Assembly (NCBI GenBank): GCA_016180645.1
Contig: JACPAV010000002.1
Span: 174,628 to 238,627, forward strand
DNA length: 64,000 nt
Origin: Nitrospirota bacterium
GTDB lineage: Bacteria; JACPQY01
Reading direction: 5' to 3'
Below are positions 37,320-45,398 of the stretch, in pieces; within the stretch, counting starts at the first letter, position 1, and every line of letters begins with the position of its first letter. The notes beneath the pieces are model-generated. The model was given only the letters and a program-made list of their open reading frames with translations, was not told where the DNA came from and ran no database searches. Position numbers and translations under genes: made by a program.

Positions 37320-38003
37320 TCACTGTTCGATGCTCCTCACCAGCACGAATGCCTCTGCCGCGCCCAGCCCACAGTGGATGCCCCACTTCTTCGCATAAAC
37401 ACGCAACGATTCCGGCGACCGGGGATGGCCGTTGGCGCCGACCTCGCCCCGGTACTGCAAGAAGGCGTGAATCTTGGTTTCCAAAGTCCGGGAAATATCG
37501 CTGAAGGCGTTCGGCGTGAACGTGTTCTGCGCCCCGTAGATGTTCCACTCGGTCGAAGAGGGCGTTTCAAACGCGAAGATCCTTCTTACGGTTTCCCCGT
37601 GAATCGGCCGGAAGGCGGTCAACACAGCCTGATAGGTAATGCGGTGGTCCACGTTCAGGTCTCCCCAGAAATGGGTGTAGACGACTTCAGGGCGAAACTG
37701 TTTCTTGATCCGTTCAATGGTCTTGACCATGTCGAGGAGAGACATCGTATCGAAACGATTGTCGGGCAGGCCGAGGAAATGCACCCGCTCCACCCCCAGA
37801 ATGTCCGCGCTCCGGCGGCAGTACGTTCGAAGCGCCGAGACCAGCCGCTTGGGTGCGTGTTCCCGTCGTTCGAATCGCGCCGTGGCGCCTTCTCCCAGGA
37901 TGACCGTGTGGATCCGGTGCCCCTTGCGGGCCAGGCGGGCCATGGTGCCGCCGCAGCCAAGCACTTCATCATCCGGATGGGCGGCAACGACCAATACATT
38001 CAT
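37320..38003 (-). CDS. PIG-L/LmbE family N-acetyl-sugar deacetylase
   Basis: MNVLVVAAHPDDEVLGCGGT with the HPDDE zinc-binding motif; ATGA overlap with upstream gene; 227 aa. Confidence 0.7.
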   Translation of the reverse strand: MNVLVVAAHPDDEVLGCGGTMARLARKGHRIHTVILGEGATARFERREHAPKRLVSALRTYCRRSADILGVERVHFLGLPDNRFDTMSLLDMVKTIERIKKQFRPEVVYTHFWGDLNVDHRITYQAVLTAFRPIHGETVRRIFAFETPSSTEWNIYGAQNTFTPNAFSDISRTLETKIHAFLQYRGEVGANGHPRSPESLRVYAKKWGIHCGLGAAEAFVLVRSIEQ

Positions 38004-38752
38004 GCGGACACTCCCGATCGGATGATTTCCAGCGCCCGCGGACCCTCGTTGAGCATCAGATCGATGACAGACATGTTCGGAATGAAGGGATCGAAGCCTT
38101 GCCGATACGTAGGGTGCTGATAGTCTTGAAAAATAACCGCAATTTTCTCCCTATTGAAGGCCTCAAGGTCCATGTAGAGCCGTCCATGGGTACCCGCGTA
38201 GTATGTATCAGCTTGGAAATGCTTGCAGATCGAGACAAGCCGATGTGTGGCTAGTTCCTTTACATTCAATCGGTCGGTTGGACCGATTGAATCGGTCGAT
38301 CGGACCGATTCGATCGATCGATCGGTCAGTCTCAAGTCTGAACTCCTATACGTTCGAGGGGTAAGATTCATGCATCGAGAGACAACCTCGATAGACTTGA
38401 GACAGAGCAGGGACAGGTTCGAGCCTGACTCGGCGTAGATCGAACCGATGGGGGCTTCATACTCGGAGTAGAACGGGGCCTTCCTGTAGTTTGACTCGAT
38501 CGCTTTCAGGTGCTTCCGCCGCCAGGGCGAGCGCTCGTCCGTTTGGGTTTCGTTGATGGTTTGTCCGAAGTGGTGCTGGACCGGCACGGTGAGCCATTGC
38601 CATCCCTCGGCCGTGCGGATCTTGTTCCGGTTCTGCCAATCGTTCTTCGTGTATTGCACATCGTCGAGAAACACGAACACATCGGCACGGTCCATCTTCT
38701 CGAAATACCCGAGCCACGGGAGGTACTGCGGCTGGTGGATGGAGACGATCAT
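38000..38752 (-). CDS. WbqC-like family protein, paralog 1
   Basis: MIVSIHQPQYLPWLGYFEKMDRADVFVFLDDVQY matches the WbqC-like N-terminus. Start set to ATG at 38752 (ATGA overlap); carries an about 19-aa in-frame insertion relative to paralog 2. Confidence 0.65.
   Translation of the reverse strand: MIVSIHQPQYLPWLGYFEKMDRADVFVFLDDVQYTKNDWQNRNKIRTAEGWQWLTVPVQHHFGQTINETQTDERSPWRRKHLKAIESNYRKAPFYSEYEAPIGSIYAESGSNLSLLCLKSIEVVSRCMNLTPRTYRSSDLRLTDRSIESVRSTDSIGPTDRLNVKELATHRLVSICKHFQADTYYAGTHGRLYMDLEAFNREKIAVIFQDYQHPTYRQGFDPFIPNMSVIDLMLNEGPRALEIIRSGVSA
38265..38330. repeat. array of alternating-orientation 8-mers GACCGATT/AATCGGTC forming overlapping perfect palindromes, in frame inside WbqC-like paralog 1
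   Basis: CAATCGGTC-GGTTG-GACCGATTG, GACCGATT-G-AATCGGTC, AATCGGTC-GATCG-GACCGATT and GACCGA-TCGATCGATCGA-TCGGTC read directly; encodes TDRSIESVRSTDSIGPTDR. Confidence 0.7.
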
Positions 38753-40122
38753 GGGAGTGGCAAGTGGTGAGTGGCGAACGGCGAGTCGAGGGGGCCACGG
38801 CTCGGTTCTTTTGGCCCTTCGCTCGTCGCTCCTCGCTCGCTCCTCGTTGCTCGTTGCTCGTTGCTCGTTGCTGTCATGGCGTCCACCAACGCGCACACCC
38901 GGTCCGTGGCGCGTCCGTCGTTCAAGGCATTGAGGGTCAGGAGATCCGCCTCTCTCAACATCTCCTCCTCCATCGTCCTCGGTGCGCGAAGGGCCTCCAT
39001 GGTTTTCCGAAAGACCTCTTCCTCAGTGCGCGCTTTGAGGATCGAGGCCGCATCATTGAAGATCGTCTCCGGCACATGGAGCGAGAGCGACATAACCCGG
39101 GCGCCGTAGATCAGCGCCTCGACGGCCATCGTCGATTGAAAGCAAATCACCACGTCCGACGCCCTGAGCAGCGGCGCCAGCGCGGGCGCCAAGGAAAGGT
39201 GTCGCGGGTAGGTCGAGTGGACCCGGAGACCCTCGGCTTGAGCCAGCGCCTCATACTCTTTGTCCGCATAGGGATCGGAGGGATGGGGTTTCAAAACCAA
39301 CTGGAAGGCCCGGGCCTTTTGGGCCCGAGCGAGCGCGCGGAACGTATCGGCCATGACGTCTCCCGGCCGATAGGAATGCTCCCGGAGGTACAGACCGCTC
39401 CGCCACGTGGTGGCCAGACACACCACGGGGAGACCGCTCTGCAGCCCGATCTCGCGCAACGCCCTCGACTTCTCCCATTCGCCGCGGAGGCGGTAGTGCA
39501 GGTCCATGACGACCGATCCCGTGACGGCCAATCGATCTTCCGCCACGCCCGCCCGCCGGTACCAATTCCGGCAGCGCTCCCCGAACACAGACATGATGTC
39601 CGCATACACACGGTCATGCAGATTGGCCAGTCCGGGCAGCCCATGCGCGAGGCAGAGGCTGGGAACGCCATAGGCCCTCGCCAATTGAATCGCCACCCGC
39701 TGGAGGGGCCGGACGTCGTTGTCCACCATCAGCAGGCCCAATCCGCCCTCGACCGCCATTCTCTTGACGGCCACCGCAATGCCCAGCATCTGGCGGCTCA
39801 GGTTGGAGAACCGTGGCGCGAGACTCTCGTAGATTTTCACATCGGCGTATCCCCGCTCGGACAAGGCCGCCTCGAAGCCCATCGCCAAGCGGGCGCAGTC
39901 CTCCGGACTCTTCTCCAGGACGTAGCGGTCGATCGCCGCCAAGTCGCCCGGATCGAACAACGTCTCCAGGGAGGCCACGCTCCCCCCCCCCGATTTCCGG
40001 ATGAAATCGTAGGTCGTCGGGTTCACCACGAGGTCGTGCCGGGATGCCAATCTCCGGCAGAGGTGCTCATACCTCTGGTTCAGCAGCGCGAGAATTCGGA
40101 CCGGCACGTCAGGACCCTCCAT
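38749..40122 (-). CDS. TagF-like (CDP-glycerol glycerophosphotransferase-type, HP motif) putative transferase, paralog 1
   Basis: VVCLATTWRSG (PTWR-like) and QLVLKPHPSDP motifs; 457 aa. The C-terminal about 45 aa is encoded by heptamer arrays and may not be native; G10 tract near 5-prime end. Confidence 0.5.
   Translation of the reverse strand: MEGPDVPVRILALLNQRYEHLCRRLASRHDLVVNPTTYDFIRKSGGGSVASLETLFDPGDLAAIDRYVLEKSPEDCARLAMGFEAALSERGYADVKIYESLAPRFSNLSRQMLGIAVAVKRMAVEGGLGLLMVDNDVRPLQRVAIQLARAYGVPSLCLAHGLPGLANLHDRVYADIMSVFGERCRNWYRRAGVAEDRLAVTGSVVMDLHYRLRGEWEKSRALREIGLQSGLPVVCLATTWRSGLYLREHSYRPGDVMADTFRALARAQKARAFQLVLKPHPSDPYADKEYEALAQAEGLRVHSTYPRHLSLAPALAPLLRASDVVICFQSTMAVEALIYGARVMSLSLHVPETIFNDAASILKARTEEEVFRKTMEALRAPRTMEEEMLREADLLTLNALNDGRATDRVCALVDAMTATSNEQRATRSERGATSEGPKEPSRGPLDSPFATHHLPLP
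38755..38873. repeat. two heptanucleotide arrays (GAGTGGC-like x3-4 and GCTCGTT x4 exact plus degenerate copies) at the TagF-like/WbqC junction
   Basis: GCTCGTTGCTCGTTGCTCGTTGCTCGTT read directly at about 38847-38873; degenerate units extend upstream to about 38821; second array at about 38755-38790 directly upstream of the WbqC ATG. Confidence 0.7.
39982..39991. repeat. homopolymeric C10 tract (G10 on coding strand) in the 5-prime region of TagF-like paralog 1
   Basis: Read directly; encodes the GGG of IRKSGGGSVAS. Confidence 0.6.
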
Positions 40123-40351
40123 CCGGCGGGGAGAAGCGCGCCCCCAACTTCTCCATCGTCAACATGAAGATCTCGTACTCCAAGGCCCCCGCGAAGCTCT
40201 CCCCATCCCAGCGAAGGATGTCTTCCGCGGCTTCGCTCGCGCTCCATTCCGACAGCGCCGCGAGGACCTCCTGGTCGGTATGGCAGAGTTCACACACGGT
40301 GCCGTTCAGGCGCGACCCTCCAAGACCGCAGCGTTCGCACCTATCCTGCAT
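40109..40351 (-). CDS. small zinc-ribbon protein, paralog A
   Basis: MQDRCERCGLGGSRLNGTVCELC with two CxxC knuckles; 80 aa; lies between WbqC-like paralog 2 and TagF-like paralog 1. Confidence 0.4.
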   Translation of the reverse strand: MQDRCERCGLGGSRLNGTVCELCHTDQEVLAALSEWSASEAAEDILRWDGESFAGALEYEIFMLTMEKLGARFSPPDGGS

Positions 40352-41117
40352 GGCCTGCCGCCTCCCATGCGCTCTGCGTCGGGGCCCGACGCGCCTCAGA
40401 AGCCCGAAATGCGGGCCTCCGACCGGAACGAAGGATCTCCAGGCTCGCGGGACCGCAGTTCAGGAGCAGGTCCACCGCCGAGAGGTGTGAAACGAAGCCC
40501 TCGAATCGTTGGGGATAGACGGGGTGATCGTAGTGGTGGAAGCGCAATCGGACCCCCGAGTCCGAAAAGATTTCGGAATGTTGAAGATACGCTCGCGCGC
40601 CAAGCGGGGAGAGGTACTCATCCGCCCCCAGGCTCTCGCAAATGGAGACAAGGTAGTCCACCCGGTCCACTTGCTCCACGTCCAACTCGGAAGCCCGGAT
40701 GAACGGCGTGCGAATTCCCAACCGCGCCGCCAGCGCTTCCACAAGCGGAATCGTCACCTCCACCAAGCGGTCTTCCTCCGACCGTGCAAGCAGCGTGGAG
40801 AGAAGGGCATCGCCATGATCCCTCCACGACTCCGCGCGGCGATAGGCAACTTCGATCGATCGCGCGTGCCGGCGGATCCATTTCCCCTGAACGATCCTCG
40901 CCTCGCGGAGGGATTGGCCCAGCGGGTCCTTCCGCGTGAGCGGCAGCGTCAGCCAGCACCAGCCTTGGTCGGTTCGGATGCGGTTCCGGTGATGCCACGA
41001 ATGCCGCACGCGCTGCACCGTGTCCAGAAACACGAAGGTGTCGACCTGGTCGATCATGTCGAAATATCCAAGCCAGGGCAGGTAGTGCGGTTGGATGATG
41101 GCCACCGTCTTTCTCAT
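40341..41117 (-). CDS. WbqC-like family protein, paralog 2
   Basis: MRKTVAIIQPHYLPWLGYFDMIDQVDTFVFLDTVQ; start set to ATG at 41117. Confidence 0.65.
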   Translation of the reverse strand: MRKTVAIIQPHYLPWLGYFDMIDQVDTFVFLDTVQRVRHSWHHRNRIRTDQGWCWLTLPLTRKDPLGQSLREARIVQGKWIRRHARSIEVAYRRAESWRDHGDALLSTLLARSEEDRLVEVTIPLVEALAARLGIRTPFIRASELDVEQVDRVDYLVSICESLGADEYLSPLGARAYLQHSEIFSDSGVRLRFHHYDHPVYPQRFEGFVSHLSAVDLLLNCGPASLEILRSGRRPAFRASEARRAPTQSAWEAAGHAG

Positions 41118-41154
41118 CACCCGGCTCCCCTGTCGCATGACACCTGACGCATGA

Positions 41155-41844
41155 CTATTTTCGCCCCTCCACCAGCCAGTCCGAATCGGTCCGACCCGGC
41201 GCGCTTCCCACCTTCGCATATCCGATAAACCGCTGACGAAACCCGGCCGTCAGCGCATCGACGGCCGCCGCGTCGACAAACGTCACCGACATCCCCTCCT
41301 CACCGGTCTCGTTCGAATTCATGAGAAAGCAATGGGGAGCCAGCTCCCGCCCCCGCCCGTATCGGGAGTCATCCGTTCCCCGCAACGAGAAGAAGGCCCA
41401 CCCCCCCGGTTTCAAGAGTCGACGAATTTCCATGATGCCCGCGGCGGTCTCCTCGGGCCTGCCGTAGTAGAGGACGCCATAGCAGATGACCGCATCGAAG
41501 GCGTCCGACTTGAGAGGCACGTCCAGGAAGGTGCCCACGGCCAGCCGCCCGGGACTCCTCTCCGTTCGGATGCATCGGCGCAGGGAACGTCTCGCTCCAT
41601 CGATCCCGACGACGTCGAATCCTTCTCTTTTCAGCATCACGAGGTGCCGTCCTCCGCCGCATCCGAGGTCCAGAACGCGCTTCGGCCGCCGACGATTCCA
41701 AGAGCGAACGAGCCTCCGAGATACGAACCGGACGACATGATCGACAGGGTAGCGGGGGACCTTGTCGAGATTCTCCCGCGCGTAGAAGATTTCCCAGGGA
41801 GTGCCGGTGTTGTTCCTCTCTTGAACCGGTGTGGCGATCCCCAT
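41155..41844 (-). CDS. class I SAM-dependent methyltransferase
   Basis: RVLDLGCGGGRH motif I and DAVICYGVLYY; start set to ATG (MGIATPV) at 41844. Confidence 0.6.
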   Translation of the reverse strand: MGIATPVQERNNTGTPWEIFYARENLDKVPRYPVDHVVRFVSRRLVRSWNRRRPKRVLDLGCGGGRHLVMLKREGFDVVGIDGARRSLRRCIRTERSPGRLAVGTFLDVPLKSDAFDAVICYGVLYYGRPEETAAGIMEIRRLLKPGGWAFFSLRGTDDSRYGRGRELAPHCFLMNSNETGEEGMSVTFVDAAAVDALTAGFRQRFIGYAKVGSAPGRTDSDWLVEGRK

Positions 41845-41855
41845 GGTGGACACTT

Positions 41856-42941
41856 TCAGCGGGCGGAATTCGGTCCCGTCATGCGGAGCCCTATCCGGAG
41901 CAGCCCGCTGATCCTCGCCACCGACTTGGGCGGGAGGGCAGGATAAACGGGGATCGAAAGCGTCGTCTCGACCACCTTCTCGGCTTGGGAAAAACCTGCC
42001 GGATCCTGGCCAAGATATCGGTGGAGGAGTTCGAACCTCCGAATGGGAACCACGGTTTTCACGCCGCGGGTCTCGAGCCATTTTCTCAGGCGGTCCACCC
42101 GCCGGGACGGCGCGCGCAGCACGTACCGATAGAAGGTGGAACGGGTCCCGGCCGTTTCGAAGGGTCCGTGGGTATCGCTTCCCAACGGCAATGCCCGCAA
42201 GTAGAGGGAAGCGGCGCGGCGCCGGCGGCGGATCATCTCGGGGAGCTTGCGAAGCTGCACGCGCCCCACGGCCGCCGCGACGTCTGTCATCGCATAGTTG
42301 TATCTTACCTTGTAGGTCGGCCGCTGGTCGTAATCCCGAAGGTCTCGCGCCTGCTCAGCCCATTCCTTTCTTCGGGTAACCAGCATCCCGCCGTGACCCG
42401 TGGTCATCATCTTGGTGGCATGGAAGGAGAAGATGGAGATGTCGCCCGTAATCCCGACCCGGCGACCGCCGATCTCCGCCCCGATGGCCTGGGCACAATC
42501 TTCGATGACCGGAACGCCGAGCCGACGCACGGCATGAATGCCGGCGGGGAATCCAAACAGGTGCGGTACCACCACGACTTTCGTCCGGCGACGCAGCTTC
42601 TTCTCCACGTGATCGGCGGTCAGGTTGAAATCGCGGTCATTCACGTCGACCAGGACCGGCTTCGCGCCCACGTAGAACGCCGCGTTGAGGAGAGCTGAAC
42701 ACACGTAGGTGGGCATGATGACTTCGTCCCCACGGCCCACCCCCAGAATCTGCAACGCCAAGTGAAGCGCAGCGCTCCCACTGCTCAGAGCGACACCGTG
42801 ACAGCCCTTCCCAATCCAAGACGCAAGCTCCCGTTCAAAGGCCGCCACCTCCGGCCCGGGGGCGGGCCAGCGACGCAGAATGACCCGTCGGACGGCGTCG
42901 GCCTCTTCCTTCCCGATCCAAGGTTGATTGTGGGGAATCAT
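41856..42941 (-). CDS. pseC: DegT/DnrJ/EryC1/StrS-family PLP-dependent sugar aminotransferase (PseC-like)
   Basis: FSFHATKMMTTGHGGM contains the PLP-lysine region; context with PseB/PseI/PseG-like genes supports PseC; 361 aa. Confidence 0.7.
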   Translation of the reverse strand: MIPHNQPWIGKEEADAVRRVILRRWPAPGPEVAAFERELASWIGKGCHGVALSSGSAALHLALQILGVGRGDEVIMPTYVCSALLNAAFYVGAKPVLVDVNDRDFNLTADHVEKKLRRRTKVVVVPHLFGFPAGIHAVRRLGVPVIEDCAQAIGAEIGGRRVGITGDISIFSFHATKMMTTGHGGMLVTRRKEWAEQARDLRDYDQRPTYKVRYNYAMTDVAAAVGRVQLRKLPEMIRRRRRAASLYLRALPLGSDTHGPFETAGTRSTFYRYVLRAPSRRVDRLRKWLETRGVKTVVPIRRFELLHRYLGQDPAGFSQAEKVVETTLSIPVYPALPPKSVARISGLLRIGLRMTGPNSAR

Positions 42942-43005
42942 CCTGCGTATAACAGGTAACAGTATACTTTATGAGGATCAACCCGTAGGCTAATAAAGTA
43001 TACTG

Positions 43006-43704
43006 TCACCTGTTATACTCCTCGTAGACTTCGAGCCGCAGGTAGTAACGCTTTCCGTTCACCTCGACGAATGCATTGTCATACGGCGGAAACGTGAGGG
43101 CCCGGAGCCGATTGATGAGATCGGCGCCCCGATACGTTCGATCCAAATCAATTCGCATCAGCTCCCAGAACTCCTGATCCCGATGGTAGGTGCCCTCGCC
43201 GGAAGAAACGTCCAGCGGATTCCCCTCCCCGGATCGAATCAAGGGCCAGTGCTCCCGGAAGAGGTCGAATCCGGCGGCCTCAAGTTTCTCGTAGAGAGAT
43301 TTCCCCGTGTCGCTGAATTCAACCGCCACGCGACGTCGAGCGAAGATCGGCCCGCTGTCCACGCGACGGACCATCTTGTGAATGGAAACGCCCGCCGGCG
43401 TATTGTCGAGGATGCTCCACGCGTTGGTGTAAGTCCCCCGATTATGCGGCAGGTAGGACGTGTGCACATTGATGCATCCCAGCGGTGGCATCTCCAGATA
43501 CTTGGGCGGCACGAGAAATCGGAATCCGCAACTCACCACCAGGTCGGGCCTGAGTCGGCGGAGAAGAGGCAGTTGTTCCCGGCGCGTCAATACACAGGCA
43601 ATCTGCTCCCCTTGCTCCGCCAGCCAGCCGAGAATTCGGCTCCCGAGCCCGTTCAGGCCCAGAAAAACAAGAGTGGGGCCGGATTTGGGAGACGGACTAC
43701 GCAT
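43006..43704 (-). CDS. formyltransferase (Fmt/ArnA N-domain family)
   Basis: VVSCGFRFLVPPKYLEMPPLGCINVHTSYLPHNRG matches the formyl-transferase HxSLLPxxRG region; start set to ATG (MRSPSPK) at 43704. Confidence 0.6.
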   Translation of the reverse strand: MRSPSPKSGPTLVFLGLNGLGSRILGWLAEQGEQIACVLTRREQLPLLRRLRPDLVVSCGFRFLVPPKYLEMPPLGCINVHTSYLPHNRGTYTNAWSILDNTPAGVSIHKMVRRVDSGPIFARRRVAVEFSDTGKSLYEKLEAAGFDLFREHWPLIRSGEGNPLDVSSGEGTYHRDQEFWELMRIDLDRTYRGADLINRLRALTFPPYDNAFVEVNGKRYYLRLEVYEEYNR

Positions 43705-44716
43705 GACCGGCCACCCCGGAGGAAGTCTCCAGATGTTCGGCCACCCGTTCGACCCCACGGCCGTCCAGCCGGAACCGACCTGTCTCGCTGATCCTTCTTC
43801 GCAGCGTCGCCGATCGAACAAGTTCATCCAGCCGTTCCGGCACCGAGTTTTCATTGCCGGCGCGAAGCGCCAGACCTTGCTTGTCCATCGCATCCAGGAA
43901 AATGGAATGGCCCGGCGTGGGATCGACCAATACGGCGGGCACGCCCATGGTAGCCAGCTCGTACATCGTTACGCCGACTGCTCCCACGGCCGCGTCTGCC
44001 CGCAGGACGAGAGGAACGATGGAGACCACATTTCGGATCGTCTTCACATTTCCGGGAAGGCTCCGATCCCGATTCAGAGTCCCGCGATAACCGGGGCCCA
44101 GGAGGGATACAAATCGGACGCGCGCAAAGCGCCGGGCCAGTACCGGCACGAGCCGGCCTGCCATGTCCTGCGGGTCGCTCCCCCCGAAGGTCACCAGCAC
44201 CTGCCGCACGTTTTTTCGCAGACGATAACGAGGTCGAGCCCGCGCCCACTGGGGCTTCAGCAGGGCATATCGAAGACCCATCAATCGAACTTGACGGCGT
44301 TTGCGCACGATTTCATCGCGCCAGAGCACGTGGCCGTTTACCAGAACATCGGCCGGCGTACAGTCCGCGTCCCAGTCGTCGATCACCACCAATCGCCCGA
44401 CCTTCTCGCCCCACGCACTCAGGAGCCTCTCGTCCCTCCGGGGAATGTCAACGACCAAAGTCTCCACCCGGTCCCGTCGGATCGCGGCGCCCAGCGAGGT
44501 CTGGTTCCTCAGCCGGGTGAAGCGCGGAGCGGCCGCGGCAAAGAACCGTGCGGCCAGAAGGTCATGCTCCGAATAGAAACGAACCCCTCGGCCCCGCCGG
44601 ACACACACCTCCGCAAGGGCCAGCGCGCGCGAAACGTGTCCGAATCCTATGCGCGGCCCGGCCTGGACGTAGAAGCCCAGGGTCCCTCCGCGCGCGTCAT
44701 CGGCTGAGAATCGCAT
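43697..44716 (-). CDS. PseG-like UDP-sugar hydrolase (MurG-like GT-B fold)
   Basis: N-terminal GFGHVSRALALAE (GxGHxxR) typical of PseG; C-terminal GT28-like domain; 339 aa. Confidence 0.6.
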   Translation of the reverse strand: MRFSADDARGGTLGFYVQAGPRIGFGHVSRALALAEVCVRRGRGVRFYSEHDLLAARFFAAAAPRFTRLRNQTSLGAAIRRDRVETLVVDIPRRDERLLSAWGEKVGRLVVIDDWDADCTPADVLVNGHVLWRDEIVRKRRQVRLMGLRYALLKPQWARARPRYRLRKNVRQVLVTFGGSDPQDMAGRLVPVLARRFARVRFVSLLGPGYRGTLNRDRSLPGNVKTIRNVVSIVPLVLRADAAVGAVGVTMYELATMGVPAVLVDPTPGHSIFLDAMDKQGLALRAGNENSVPERLDELVRSATLRRRISETGRFRLDGRGVERVAEHLETSSGVAGHA

Positions 44717-45389
44717 CGAACATGTATGGGGTTTGCCAGGGGGAACCGCTCAGTTTCTGAACGTGGACGGTGAAGCCGGCGCTCTGGCCCGCCTCCGTGA
44801 ACTCCTGCCGGTGGAACCACAGCGCCCGTCGATTTCGATCCCGGATGTGTTCCTTCGTGGAGTCATCGGCGCCCAGCCGGTCGATGCCTTCGAAGTAGGC
44901 GTCCCTCTTTTCGGCGTCGAGAATCCATCCCGCCCAAAGCGCCCCGCCCCGCCGGATGACCTGCGCCAGTCCAAGGAAAACCCGGCGTACGTCGTCGAAT
45001 CCGTCCAGACATTGGAGCACACCCACGAGGAGCACCTTTGTGAACATGGGCTGCCGGAGAGGAAGTTGTCGCACATCGGCGGCAAAAAGATGAACATTGC
45101 GCGACCCGTTCTGCATGGCACGGGCCTGTGACAACATCGAGGGGATGAGGTCACAGGCCCATATCTCCCTAACCCACGGGGCAAGCGCGAGAGCGATGAG
45201 CCCATTCGCGCACCCTGCATCTAGAACGACATCCTGGCGATCAACCTTCAGTCCGCGGGCAATGCCCGCAACCATGTGCAAGAATTCCGATGGCCTGTTC
45301 GACGGCCGGCCGCCGACCGCCAGCTCACTGGGCAGCGCCGATCGCTCCGTCCAGTGCTCTTTCCAGAAGTGATTCTCCATCCCCCCCAT
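44697..45389 (-). CDS. class I SAM-dependent methyltransferase
   Basis: VVLDAGCANGLI motif I; begins ATG-GGGGGGG-ATG, a G7 tract immediately after the start codon. Confidence 0.6.
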   Translation of the reverse strand: MGGMENHFWKEHWTERSALPSELAVGGRPSNRPSEFLHMVAGIARGLKVDRQDVVLDAGCANGLIALALAPWVREIWACDLIPSMLSQARAMQNGSRNVHLFAADVRQLPLRQPMFTKVLLVGVLQCLDGFDDVRRVFLGLAQVIRRGGALWAGWILDAEKRDAYFEGIDRLGADDSTKEHIRDRNRRALWFHRQEFTEAGQSAGFTVHVQKLSGSPWQTPYMFDAILSR

Positions 45390-45398
45390 TGCGATAGC

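Noticed and set aside
34212-40122. Assigning the HP-motif proteins to KpsC/KpsS (capsule Kdo transferase) rather than TagF-like families
   Set aside because: The PTWR-like and HP motifs fit my recollection of CDP-glycerol glycerophosphotransferases better, but I cannot distinguish the families without profile searches; left as a tentative TagF-like call.
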